Shown: in pieces, positions 1-11,822 of the stretch
How the letters are laid out: every line of letters starts with the position of its first letter
Position numbering within the stretch: position 1 is the first letter of the stretch
Source: Batkoa obscura
Lineage: Eukaryota
DNA length: 64,000 nucleotides
Direction of reading: 5' to 3'
NCBI GenBank assembly: GCA_030770535.1
Contig: JASVEC010000025.1
Span: 1 to 64,000, forward strand
Notes under the pieces: model-generated
The model's input: the letters and a program-made list of their open reading frames with translations, nothing else
Told to the model about the DNA's origin: nothing
The model's database searches: none
Program-made: the position numbers and the translations under genes

Positions 1-45
1 AGTGATAAAAGAGAGGATAGTAAGACTAATGATGAGTTTGTTCAT
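1..45 (-). CDS. Secreted Gly/Ser-rich family protein, 5' end only (runs off window)
   Basis: Reverse complement of 1-45 reads MNKLIISLTILSFIT, identical to the genes at 2218 and 4164; upstream 46-233 is a near-perfect inverted copy of 2031-2217. Confidence 0.9.
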   Translation of the reverse strand, partial: MNKLIISLTILSFIT

Positions 46-487
46 TTTGTGATTATATTATAGTGTATTTATTATCTGATATTAAATAAAAGTTATTAGT
101 TTTTTTGATATCTATTTCAATAGTTCTTTTCGAGTATTTATAGTACTGTTTTTCAATGTTTATTATAAATTTAGTATTTAATCTAATATATTAAATAAAA
201 TGCATCCAAAAGTTCGAATGTGAACTTTGGAGTAATGAATTTGTCTCCAATTTCTAGGGATAAATTTAAATTTGTTTATTTCATGCACAAGATTTTAGTC
301 CTTAAGCAGCTACTAGTGAAGTTGGTGTTTATCCAATTTATTAATGAGTTGTTTATGCTTTTTGGCCATAAACACAATCCTGCTAAAAAACTTCGTAATA
401 TAGCTTTTGCAGCTCTATTACGACTTAGTTAGCAATATTCTTTAGATTTAGATATTTGGTTGGTTTTTTTTACCGTTTAATCTTTAA

Positions 488-827
488 CCCGTTAGCATCC
501 CTTTCCCTAATCAAAAAGTGCTAATTTTTTCTGATATTAAATTTTTTGTTTTAACGATTAGTTTATACAATTTCCTAGGTTCCAAGTTTTAGATTTTTTG
601 CAATAAAAGCTCTGACTCTACACAATTGCCTAAAGCCATCTTTTTTCATGCATATGGGGTGTTTTTTTTTTTTATTTCATTACTTTTTCCATCTTTAAGC
701 GCTATTTGAGCGGAAAAATTGTTAGCAAAATTTTTAAACAAAAAATACACCTCCATATGTACACAACATACGCAGCAAGATTGGACAATTGTCATGATGT
801 AGACATACGGCATATGCGCTTGACGGG
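488..827. mobile_element. TTAA-flanked piggyBac-type non-autonomous element containing a nested MITE
   Basis: TTAA(484-487)-CCCGTTAGC...GCTTGACGGG-TTAA(828-831); CCC termini plus TTAA duplication. Confidence 0.65.
656..754 (+). mobile_element. ~98-bp MITE family A, copy 1
   Basis: GGGGTGTTTTT...AAAAATACACCTCC flanked by ATAT/ATAT; shares internal consensus with 16 other copies. Confidence 0.9.
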
Positions 828-2217
828 TTAAGTTTTAATAACTTAGCTAAAGTTAGGCTAAATTTACTCTCAAATGAACGGTTTATTAGGTTGTAAAAGA
901 GCTGCAATAGCCGTAAAAATGGAGAAAAAAATTATTAGGCACAAAACGGGTGCATAACATTTTCAGTTTTTAAAAAATGGCTATTGGGCCAAGCTTTATC
1001 TAATTTAAGTCTTAAGGGGTCTAAATCCAGAATGGTAACATTTAAAACTAATATTGTTTGTTTATTTATTTTTAACAAAAGTAATCTACTTAAAATGTAA
1101 CCCTCAATTAAAAATTAACTGACGCAGTATACTTTATATATTTCTTGCTTTCTTGATATTTTTAATATCAATTTAGAGGAATTATCCTTCTACGTTATTT
1201 TTTATGAGTTTTATATAGTATATTTGACTTTAACCTTTGATATTGAGTTAATATTAATCAATATATTAAATATCTCGGACAATTTTTTGTAAAATATTGA
1301 CTAGAGGTTATATATTGACAGAATAAATCCAACTGTGTTTTGCATACAAAGCTTATTTCCATAATTATAGTTTAAGTTTATGTCCTCATTATAAGTGTTT
1401 TATTTGATCGTATAAATTTGCTATAATTAAGATTTGTATACTTTAATCAATCCTGATTTAATTTTACTTCAAGTGGAAGAATTTTAGAAACTAATTTAAC
1501 TTACCTTAAAATCAATATCATTAAACAAGTCTTTATCAATAGTTTTACCTATATGCTCTAACGATTCATTCAATGTTAGATTATAAAAGCTATTTAGGAA
1601 TTAAAGATTAAAATTTAAAATTATGGTCATTACAGTTGTTAGTCCTGTAGTTTTAATTGAAAGCTAATATCGTTAAAAAAATAGAAACTCGTTTATTTTA
1701 AAAAGAATAATAGCATATTTAGTATGGGTATGAAGTTGTTAATCGTGTTTTTTTGTATTTTTTTATAAATGTCCAAGACACTATTAAGATGCTTCAGCTA
1801 TATTTACAGAATATAGCCCATATACTAAATAAATAAAAATTTCGCAAATTAGAATTAAAACATTATAATACTAATTGATTAGATACTTTATATAAAGCGA
1901 GCATGATGAGAACTACTATAATATCAATTAAATAATATAATTTAAATAATTAAGAAGCGATTAGTTTCAAAATATAAAACAAAAAGCAAATAAATTAAAA
2001 TCAAGCTAAAAGATGGAGAAATATTTGGACACTCCAAAGTTCACATTCGAACTTTTGGGTGCATTTTATTTAATATATTAGATTAAATACTAAATTTATA
2101 ATAAACATTGAAAAACAGTACTATAAATACTCGAAAAGAACTATTGAAATAGATATCAAAAAACTAATAACTTTTATTTAATATCAGATAATAAATACAC
2201 TATAATATAATCACAAA

Positions 2218-2733
2218 ATGAACAAACTCATCATTAGTCTTACTATCCTCTCTTTTATCACTGCTGCTCCTACTTTAGTTAAACGTGAAGCTGAAGGTCT
2301 TGGTTTAGGAGTAGGCTTAGGCTTAGGACGTAAAGGACATGGATCTGGATCTGGATCTGGATCTGGTCATGGATCTGGATCATCTGGCTATGGTTCAGGC
2401 TCAGGTTCAGGTTCATCTGGTCATGGATCAAATTCAGGCCTTGGATTAGGAGTAGGTTTAGGCTTAGGTTTAGGCTTAGGAGGTAATGGACATACATCTG
2501 GTTCTGGATCTGGTTCTGGATCTGGTTCTGGATCTGGATCGTCAGGCTCAGGATCAGGTTATGGATCTAGATCATCAGGGTCTGGATATGGCTTAGGCTC
2601 TTCAGGTTACGGCTCAGGATCAGGATCAGGTCATGGTGGTCTTGGTCTAGGATTAGGTTTAGGAGCTGGTGTTGGTCTTGGAAAAGGAGGCCTTGGATTA
2701 GGTCTTGGGGCTGGTGTAGGACTTGACCTTTAA
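2218..2733 (+). CDS. Secreted Gly/Ser-rich (Gly-X)n protein with Kex2 site
   Basis: Signal peptide, LVKR-EAE, alternating GL/GV and GS tracts; intronless; TATAAATA about 95 nt upstream. Confidence 0.92.
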   Translation: MNKLIISLTILSFITAAPTLVKREAEGLGLGVGLGLGRKGHGSGSGSGSGHGSGSSGYGSGSGSGSSGHGSNSGLGLGVGLGLGLGLGGNGHTSGSGSGSGSGSGSGSSGSGSGYGSRSSGSGYGLGSSGYGSGSGSGHGGLGLGLGLGAGVGLGKGGLGLGLGAGVGLDL

Positions 2734-3081
2734 TTATTATTTTTCAAAACATCATTAATCTTCAACTAATAAGTATCTTAAATTTACTAAAATAAAATAA
2801 TATACATTTTATATCATTTATTATTTATTGCTTTTAAATATACTAGTTATTTTTATACATTGAGATGTGTAGTATAGGTTTATACATATAAAAGCTGCTA
2901 AAACTGTAAAAATATTCATCAAGTTTTTATTTTCGGTTATTATCATTTTTTATCCTAGAATCTAACTTCTACAAATTTAAGGGCTCTTTAATTTTTTAAT
3001 ATTGATTAGTTATATTTTATTTTTTTATCTCTGTCTTTCTGAATCTTAAAAATATTTTACACCATATTTTCAATAGGACAT

Positions 3082-3173
3082 GGGGTGTTTTTTGGCTTCA
3101 TCACTTTTTCCATCTAAGTACTATTTGAGTGGAAAAATTGTTAGCAAAATTCTTAAATATAAAATAAATCCCC
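3082..3173 (+). mobile_element. MITE family A, copy 2
   Basis: GGGGTGTTTTTTGG...AAATCCCC; flanks ACAT/ATAT. Confidence 0.85.
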
Positions 3174-4163
3174 ATATCTTAATTTTTATTTCTATTTTAT
3201 CAACTTTTTACTTTTTCATTTTTTCATATATACCTATTACAAAGAAGTAAACAGCGACTTTATCTCAAGTAAAAGGAAATGTTTACAAATGTACATAGTA
3301 AATAGATAGATCATAACGACTGGTAATAAAGATAAAGAACCTAGCCCTCGCCAGCCAGATGCCTTTTTTGATTTTAGCTTCTCAGGATTTTAAAAAAAGT
3401 ATATTCGGGCTTTATCACAAGCGTACCATTAGCTAAGTAATAAAACTAGGAAGTTTATATTTTTAATTCGTATTTTTAAAGCTACATATATATGGCATTT
3501 TCTATGAAACAGTATAATTTTAAAAAAACCATTTTCATCTGTTTTCAGTAGTCAATATTTAATAATTAAACTTGTTTAAAAACTTACTAATATTTTTCTA
3601 ATATATTCAGTTTTTAAAGTATCAGGTTTTATTTTACCAAATTTCTAGTTCATTACTAATGGATAAATGAAGATGTACTAAAAGTGATTAAGTACAAAAG
3701 CAGTGAATTAAAAAGTGAAAAAAACATTGAGAGATTTTTAATACACAAAAATAAAATTTAAAAATTTATCTATACAAAACTTAACTTTGTTTTAGAAATT
3801 ATAAATATAACATTTTTGAATGAATAGTTTTTAAATTTGACTTTTTTCTGAAATTATGCAGTTTTGCATGAAATCTAATTTTTTCGATGGTAGCTAAAAA
3901 AGGCTATTTTGAACCATGAGAACTAAAAGGTTAGTGTACTAAAATTTAGCTAAAAAGGCTGGAAGCAAAATAATCTTCATTACTCCAAATTCACACTCAA
4001 ACTTTGGGGTTTTATAAGCAATATTTAATCTAATTCTATTTTTATAATAAACATTGAAAAACAGTACTATAAATACTCGAAAAGAACTATTGAAATAGAT
4101 ATCAAAAAACTAATAACTTTTATTTAATATCAGATAATAAATACACTATAATATAATCACAAA

Positions 4164-4817
4164 ATGAACAAACTCATCATTAGTCTTACTATCCTCTCTT
4201 TTATCACTGCTGCTCCTACTTTAGTTAAACGTGAAGCTGAAGGTCTTGGTTTAGGAGTAGGTTTAGGCTTAGGCTTAGGCTTAGGACGTAAAGGACATGG
4301 ATCTGGATCTGGATCTGGATCTGGATCTGGTCATGGATCTGGATCATCTGGCTATGGTTCAGGCTCAGGTTCAGGTTCATCTGGTCATGGATCAAATTCA
4401 GGCCTTGGATTAGGAGTAGGTTTAGGCTTAGGTTTAGGCTTAGGAGGTAATGGACATGGATCTGGATCTGGATCTGGTCATGGATCTGGATCATCTGGCT
4501 ATGGTTCAGGCTCAGGTTCAGGTTCATCTGGTCATGGATCAAATTCAGGCCTTGGATTAGGAGTAGGTTTAGGCTTAGGTTTAGGCTTAGGAGGTAATGG
4601 ACATACATCTGGTTACGGTTCTGGTTCTGGTTCTGGTTCATCAGGATCAGGATCGGGTTACGGATCAGGCTCTTCAGGCTCTTCAGGCTCTTCAGGCTAC
4701 GGTTCAGGTTCAGGTCGTGGTGGCCTTGATTTAGGTTTAGGCTTAGGAGCCGGTGTAGGTATTGGAAAGGGTGGTGTTGGATTAGGTGTTGGAACTGGTC
4801 TAGGGCTTAACCTTTAA
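4164..4817 (+). CDS. Secreted Gly/Ser-rich (Gly-X)n protein with internal ~49-aa duplication
   Basis: Same leader as 2218; GHGSG...GLGGN module present twice. Confidence 0.92.
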   Translation: MNKLIISLTILSFITAAPTLVKREAEGLGLGVGLGLGLGLGRKGHGSGSGSGSGSGHGSGSSGYGSGSGSGSSGHGSNSGLGLGVGLGLGLGLGGNGHGSGSGSGHGSGSSGYGSGSGSGSSGHGSNSGLGLGVGLGLGLGLGGNGHTSGYGSGSGSGSSGSGSGYGSGSSGSSGSSGYGSGSGRGGLDLGLGLGAGVGIGKGGVGLGVGTGLGLNL

Positions 4818-5293
4818 TTATTACTATTTAAATCATCAATAATCTTTAACTAATCTTTATCTTAAATTCACTAAAATAAAACAAAATATATTTTAAAAGA
4901 TTATATATTTTATACTTTTAGTACAATAATTTTATTACACTCTTTATGTCTACTGTGTGATTTATTATCAACAAATTGGTCAAATAATGTGAATTTCAAG
5001 CGCCAACGTTTACTGAATATATATTCAGTTATTTATGAGTGTCAATACTTTCAGTATATCTTTATATTTTTATTTTGAAAATATTACGCTCATTACTTTT
5101 GAATCCTTATCATTTTTGTTATAGTCCTTTAAGTTATAATTTATAATATCATAACCAAGGAATGTAGAGTTTTAAAGTCCTTTAAAATCGAGAACTTAAT
5201 ATGAGCATGTTTAAATTGGAGAGCCTATGTTTTTTCATATTACATAAAAAAACAATGTATCACCCATCTTTAGAAATGAAACGAACTGTATAT

Positions 5294-5391
5294 GGGGATG
5301 TACTTTTTTGTTTAAAAATTTTACCGGCAATCTTTCCGCTCAAACAACGCTTAAAGAATAAAAAAAGTAATGAAACCAAAAAAACACCCCT
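5294..5391 (-). mobile_element. MITE family A, copy 3
   Basis: GGGGATGTAC...AAAACACCCCT; flanks ATAT/ATAT. Confidence 0.88.
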
Positions 5392-6051
5392 ATATCATGG
5401 TAATTCTTATCAGCTATATCATAAAATTGTGATTTTTATAAAATAACAGCTTCTTAAACTATTGTTTTGTTTTTAAATAAACCCTAGACTAAAAACTTTA
5501 AGCTACATAATACATTTTAATAAAACTAGCTACTTAACTGTATTTTCCTTCACCCTCTATTATCAAACCTTAATTGTTCTAGTGGTTTTTACGGGATTCA
5601 TAGCAGCTTCACAGTCCTCCTTAATTATCACTTTCTCTTTGCATAGTTGTTAATGCTTTGGATTGAAAACTTCTACTTTTAGTAGCTAAATGGTGCAACT
5701 TTTTGTTTATCGCTTTCTGAAAAAGTAAGACTATATTGAAAAACTTACGTGCCTCCCAGAATAATCTTATTATTATAACATCCGAGAAATGCTAACTTAT
5801 TCTACTTCTCTCAGGCACGATAATTAAAACATTTGAAGTTATTTAAACATTAAGAAAAGTAACTACAGTAAGTATATAAAGTTAATTTAAGTTCAATTTG
5901 TAATGTGTTGCAATAAAAAATGATTTTAGCACTTAAATGTAAACTTTAAATAATTTTTACAATAAGTTTGAAGGTAGTTTATTATAAATAAGATGATTGA
6001 CTGAAGTGTGATCAAGTAAAATTAAAGTCCAACACTAACACCTAAATCAAC

Positions 6052-6474
6052 TCAATATCCGTACCCTTTATCGTATCCTGAGCCATATCCTGAGTTATAT
6101 CCCGGTTTACTACCAGTACTTACTCCTACACCAGCGCCTACTCCTAATAATGGATTTCCACCTAAACCTACTCCTACACCAGCGCCTACTCCTAATAACG
6201 GCTTACCACCTAAACCTAAACCTATTCCAGCTCCTACTCCTACTCCTACTCCTCCACTGCCATTTGATCCTGAACCATGGCTTGGATTATATCCTGAACC
6301 ATATCCTGGGTTTGAGCCATATCCTGGGTTTGAGCCATATCCTGGTTTCCCTCCTAAGCCTAAGCCTAAACCTAAACCTAAACCTAATCCAAGGGTATTA
6401 GCTTCACGTTTGTTCAAAGTTGGAGCAGCGGTAATAAAAGAAGTAATAGCAAGACTAATGATGAATTTATTCAT
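6052..6474 (-). CDS. Secreted Gly-rich protein with PGYGSN repeats
   Basis: Signal peptide, NKR-EA, (GL/GV)n tracts, PGYGSN repeats. Confidence 0.9.
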   Translation of the reverse strand: MNKFIISLAITSFITAAPTLNKREANTLGLGLGLGLGLGLGGKPGYGSNPGYGSNPGYGSGYNPSHGSGSNGSGGVGVGVGAGIGLGLGGKPLLGVGAGVGVGLGGNPLLGVGAGVGVSTGSKPGYNSGYGSGYDKGYGY

Positions 6475-6698
6475 TTTAAAGTATAATTTATGTTTAATAT
6501 AATATAATATAATATAAATGTGTTTGTATTTTGTTTTTTTTTGATCGATTTATCTACATATTTATATCTTTTAATATACCTAATAAAGCCAGTAGCATAG
6601 TTTTTTAGCTTTTTATTTTTAGTTTTAGCTTTTAAGCAACTTTTAGGATCTCAAGCCATTGTCTAGTTTTGACTACTGAGTCGTAAATTTAACTGTCT

Positions 6699-6791
6699 GG
6701 GGCTGTTTTTTTGGTTTTGTCACTTCCCATTTTTTAAGCACTATTGAGCAGGAAAATGTTAGCTAATTCTTAAACAAAAAGAAACATCTTC
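6699..6791 (+). mobile_element. MITE family A, copy 4 (degenerate)
   Basis: GGGGCTGTTTTTTTGG...AAACATCTTC; flanks GTCT/ATCT. Confidence 0.8.
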
Positions 6792-7096
6792 ATCTATTTT
6801 TTATTTGGCACTATGTGCTATGTTAGATGAATTTTATCACGATAATGTTTCTATAAATTTTATTTCTGTATATTCTTAAATATCTTATAATACAATCTTT
6901 AATAAATGTAATATATCACTTTCTTTGTAGTTACATTATATCTTAGATCAAATCAAAGCCCAACATCATTTTTCAATATGAGTTCAATATTTTTGCGTTT
7001 CATAGCTTAATTTACCTGGTTTAGAGGCTAATTTGATTTAATAACTATATTCATTTTCAGCTAAAAATAAAATATTATTGAACTCTTTTTGTATAT

Positions 7097-7194
7097 GGTG
7101 ATGTTTTTTTTCATTTAAGAATTTTACTAACAATCTTCCCACTTAAATAGCGCTTAAAAAATGGAAAAAGTGATAAAATTAAAAATACATCCTC
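7097..7194 (-). mobile_element. MITE family A, copy 5
   Basis: Consensus match; flanks ATAT/ATAT. Confidence 0.88.
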
Positions 7195-7783
7195 ATATGT
7201 TGATAATCATAAAAATTCTATTTGACTATTATTTTTTTATATTAGACAATTCCTCTTTTTGGCATATGTTATTTAACAATCTATGAAGATGTTTCTAATC
7301 AGTTTCTTATGTTAATTTAATATTGATTATCTGATTTTTAAGCTAAATTTCACACCTAAAAAAAGCCCATTTGATTGAGTGAAGTATTCGCATCAAATAC
7401 ATCTATTACAGCCTTTTTTCAAAACTTTTAACTGTTCATTTAAGAGTATTGTTTATCCTATAATTCACCAAATAGAAGCAACAGTTTTAAAAAAAATCAG
7501 CTATACAGATTATTTACTACAAAAATACTCACTAAATGGTTCGCAAAAGAGCTGCAACAGCTGGATCCAAAAGAGATTTTCAAAGCCTTTGGTAACTATT
7601 CTACGGCTGTTTAAGGTCCAACATTGGATATTTAACATAAACAACAGTAGATAAAATATATCAAGATCATAAGGGGCATTAGCTTTTTAAAAAGGTTAGT
7701 AATTTGCATATTCAATTTGTAGTTTTAAAAAAGTTTTAAAGAATCCAATTGAATCTTTATTATCTTTTGAAATTTGACGTTAA

Positions 7784-8027
7784 CCACTTGAGTACCGTGG
7801 ACGAATATTGTTCGCCAATCTTGGATTAAAATTCAATTATGATGAACATTGCTCCAATATGATTTTAAATTGAAATAAAATCTTGATAAACATTACTCCC
7901 ATGGTTGGAATTAAATTAGCCCTTTGAATATTGAGTTTTAAAAAAAGCTGGGTCAATTGGCGTAAAATCTATTAGAAATTATAATCCAACCAAACAGGAT
8001 TTTTTGAGGTGTCTGGCACTCAAAAGG
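7784..8027. mobile_element. piggyBac-type MITE family B, copy 1
   Basis: TTAA-CCACTTGAGTACC...GGCACTCAAAAGG-TTAA; related inverted copy at 57486-57664. Confidence 0.8.
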
Positions 8028-8677
8028 TTAACAAAACACTTAACACTATCGTCTTGAAAATTATAGTTAAAAAGCAGATTATTAAAAAACAAATGTTAGA
8101 TTAGGATTATCAGCTTCAAGATAAAATGTTAAAACAAAAATAGTTACAAAATTGATTTTGTATTCTATTAAATTTTATATTATTATTTAAAAAGATTAAG
8201 TTATAATACAATTATCATTTCGAATTAATCAGCTTTCATTTTCAATAAACTTTATTACTCTTTTTAATACTAAATGGAAAGTAATCAAGTTTTCGAATTT
8301 CAATCATTATAATATTAAAACTTTAACCTAAATTCCTTTGAAACTTTTTATTAATACTTAGTTGCTATTAAAACTATAACACTTGTATTACATTGGAAAT
8401 TTCGGATCAAATAAAATAATGAATAGCTGGATATACTATTTTGTGTTTTACAATAAACATACTATTCACCTTCAATTAGAATATAGAAAGCGCTATACTT
8501 TTATATACTAACTATCAAAAAATTAAGCTTCAAAATTGAACGCTAGAATTATAGGGATAATTTTTAGATATATTATATAACCTTAACTATTTAAATATAA
8601 CAATCATAAAAAATAGATAGATTTAACTATATCTTTATTTGAAATAGAATAACTAATTGAGTTGTAATTAGATAAAA

Positions 8678-9133
8678 TTAAAGTCGGATATTAAGTAAAT
8701 TCCCTTTGTTGTTGCTTGTACTGTATCCTGAGTTAGAACCATATCCTGAGTTATGTCCTGAGTTATGTCCTGAGTTATGTCCTGAGTTATATCCTGAGTT
8801 ATGTCCTGATTCATATTCTGGTTCACCTCCTAAACCTAAACCTAAGCTTGTACCTAAGTCTACTCCTACTCCTACTCCAAGAATATTACTTTCACGCTTA
8901 ACTAGAGCAGGATAACCTGGGTTTGATCCTGGGTTTGATCCTGGGCCATACCCTGGTTTTGAACCATGCCCTGAATTGGAATCATATTCTGGTTCACCTC
9001 CTAAACCTAAACCTAAGCCTAAATCTACACCAACTCCTACACCTAAACCGAGGGTATTAGCTTCATGCTTATTTGAAGTTGGAGCAGCAGCGACAAAAGA
9101 GAGGATAGTAAGACTAATGATGAGTTTGTTCAT
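8678..9133 (-). CDS. Secreted Gly-rich protein with two modules and an internal Kex2 site
   Basis: Signal peptide; NKH-EA-NTLGLGVGV module and LVKR-ES-NILGVGVGV module; SGHN repeats. Confidence 0.9.
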   Translation of the reverse strand: MNKLIISLTILSFVAAAPTSNKHEANTLGLGVGVGVDLGLGLGLGGEPEYDSNSGHGSKPGYGPGSNPGSNPGYPALVKRESNILGVGVGVDLGTSLGLGLGGEPEYESGHNSGYNSGHNSGHNSGHNSGYGSNSGYSTSNNKGNLLNIRL

Positions 9134-11194
9134 TTTTAAGATATGATATTAATTTAGTATGAAATAGATTTGTTTTTAATTTAATAGTTAGTTGGTAGAT
9201 TTATCACAGTATTTATATCTTTCATTATACTTAATAAAATTAAGCGATATAATTTTTTTAATTTTTTAGTTTTATTCTTAGTTTCTAATTATCCTTTAAG
9301 GCCCCAAGTTATATTTATTTTTATATACTAAATTGTATATTTAAATACCCTTTATTCCATTTATTATGGATGATATATTAAATCTCTTTCATCATTCATA
9401 TGTCTTTATAGATTTCATTTCTATATACCATTATACCACTTTTATCATATTATTTAAATGAGACTAATAGTTCAATAGTTTTATCTTCATATCATATCAT
9501 AAATATATTTAAAGTACAGCTTTATCATTCTATTTTAACATTTATTTATTTTATAATGTTTCATAGATAATTTTAACTTGCTTTAGAGGACAAGTTAATT
9601 TATTAACTAACAATTATTTTCATTCAAAAAATAAACCATTATTGAAATTTTATATGTATATTTTAATAACAAACAATATTTTAATTTCAAATATTGTTAG
9701 TTTTATATTAGATAATTACTATATTTGACTATTTCTATCAATATTGATTTTTTAACCCTTAATGCTATTTTTTTTAACGGTTTTCTAAGCTTATTTTAAC
9801 TGAACATTAGTACTTTTGTTTTATATTAACATTTGCATTGAAATCTTTTGTTTTAATTAGCATTCATATTTAATAAAATTCAAAGATTCTATTTTAGAAC
9901 CTCTAATAACTTTTTTAAAGATAATGAATGCATCAACGCTAGAAAGGGTATTAAATTTTTTTTTAAAATGGTAACTAAATTTATGTGTTATGAAAAGGTT
10001 CTAAAATATTCAAAGAATTTGCTTAAATCTTAATTAACTTTTTTATTTGATATTAATCAAACACTTGATGTTATTAATTTGAAAATTCTATTGAAATAAG
10101 TCCATTATCAAAAGAAACAGATTAAGCAAAGTTATCAATTTAAAAGATATAAAAGTTCAACAATGAGAGTATTAAAGTTGATCTTATTTTAAATGAAAAT
10201 TTCAGTTATTGTTTATAAACATGATATTATTTTAATATAAATAATAGTTTCCAATTAAGAGGTTTTTTTATTAAAATTGAATTTTATGATTTTTTTCAAA
10301 TTCAAGTTCCAACTTTTAATACCTTTTTAACAATTGATAATTTTCAAACAAAACATATCATCCAGGTGAATTATAGTAAAATAATTATTAAGTCATTAAT
10401 ATTAAAAAAAGTAATATTTATTTTCTACTAAGATATTTTAATAGAATAATAGAATCGATAACTCATAATACTATTGTCATCAAAAAGTTTAGTATCTAAG
10501 ATAAATGCTTTTGAAGCAAATAATATATTTAATAAACAGTCTTTAAATATAGTCACTATTTTTTATAGAAAAATTCTAAATGTCAACAACTTCGAAATTT
10601 TATTTTTACAAATTAAATTATTAAAATGTAATCCGGTTTATTATTCTGTTAATTCTGAATTCTAAATTGAGTGATTTTTAGGATCAAATGAATATTATGG
10701 TTCAATAAAAAAACTACGTATATTTCAAATTAGCTGTTTATTTTAAATAAAAATTTAATTTAAAATTTTAAACTTGCTACTTATTTATAAAAGCTAAAGA
10801 CCAAAAGAGAAACCGAGTATTAAAAAATGATTATCTAAATAAATTATTGAAATACATATAATAGTAACTGTTTAATTATATTATCTAGCTATTGAATTTG
10901 AATTTGAATTTTAAAATATTCTCTTTTTTGAAACTTCCTTTGAATTCAATCCCAAAATTTTTGATTCAAAAGGTTCCCATAATGTTTTAATCCAAATCAA
11001 TCAATTAGTCTGAATAGAGCTAAATCTTATTTAATTGGCTAAGATTTGTAACTAAAAGCTTAGTTCTATCCCACAACGAAAATATAAAAATATATTTCTT
11101 AGCTAAGGTTAATATGTTTATATTTAATCTAAGTTTATTCGCTCCTAAATCAAGTATATAATGTAAGTTAATTTCTTTACCTATGTTTCCATAT

Positions 11195-11272
11195 GTGATG
11201 ATACCTATTCAACCATAGAACTAATTGTATGATCATTAATGATTTCAACCTTTTACATGCATCACCAACTGA
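11195..11272 (+). ncRNA. Box C/D snoRNA, snR55/U33-like (18S Um1269 equivalent)
   Basis: Box C GTGATGA, box D CTGA; guide CATGCATCACCA pairs with 18S UGGUGGUGCAUG (one G-U); D+5 rule selects the U. Confidence 0.85.
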
Positions 11273-11420
11273 AGATTATTATGATAATCAAATACTTTAT
11301 TGATCATTTTACTAATTTAATTTTATTAGATGTTAAACACAAAGACATTATTATTGCACTGTTATAATAACTAAATGGTAAGTAATATGTTTCATTTAAA
11401 TTCAGAATAGAATGTTGGCG

Positions 11421-11504
11421 TTGATGAATGCAATTAACCATAGAACTAAGAATCTAATGAGAGCAATCACTAATGATTACAATTCAATGCATGCACCACT
11501 CTGA
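11421..11504 (+). ncRNA. Box C/D snoRNA, snR40/U32-like (18S Gm1271 equivalent)
   Basis: Box C TTGATGA, box D CTGA, terminal stem AATAGAAT..TGGC/GCCA.ATTCTATT; guide CATGCACCAC pairs with 18S GUGGUGCAUG. Confidence 0.87.
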
Positions 11505-11604
11505 GCCAGATTCTATTTATTATAAATAATTTTATTTTAAACATATATTAATATTCTTTTATTAGATGTAAGTAATAATTTCAATTCTTATTCTATTCAT
11601 CAAA

Positions 11605-11696
11605 ATGATGAAAAGATTTGAGCACTGGGCTCTGAATAGTTCTGAAGATAAGCTCTATATTCCTATCCAAAGACATTCAAACCGGATAGTTACTGA
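11605..11696 (+). ncRNA. Box C/D snoRNA, snR76-like (25S Cm2197 equivalent)
   Basis: ATGATGA, D' CTGA 11632, C' CTGAAGA, D CTGA; D' guide GAGCACTGGGC pairs with LSU GCCCAGUGCUC; GACATTCA complements adjacent UGAAUGUC. Confidence 0.88.
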
Positions 11697-11822
11697 TATT
11701 TTTATTAATATCATTAATTTTTATTGAGAATATAATTCTAATTTATACTCATTAGATTGTAAATTATAATTCAAATGTAATAAGGTAGGTATTTATTTTG
11801 ATTATTAATTTTTTAATTTTGC

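Noticed and set aside
860..930. AAAAGAGCTGCAA(C/T)AGC motif also near 7545 and inverted near 404
   Set aside because: Probably another old repeat, but boundaries and TSDs could not be defined.
5201..5446. Small recurring ORFs with FFKRYLS/KILKQK-like text (also 14347, 22531, 24045, 59038)
   Set aside because: They are translations of the family-A MITE.
2279..8915. Antisense ORFs (IQIQIH, LNLSLN, ELCP repeats) over the Gly-rich genes
   Set aside because: Shadow frames of low-complexity codon repeats.
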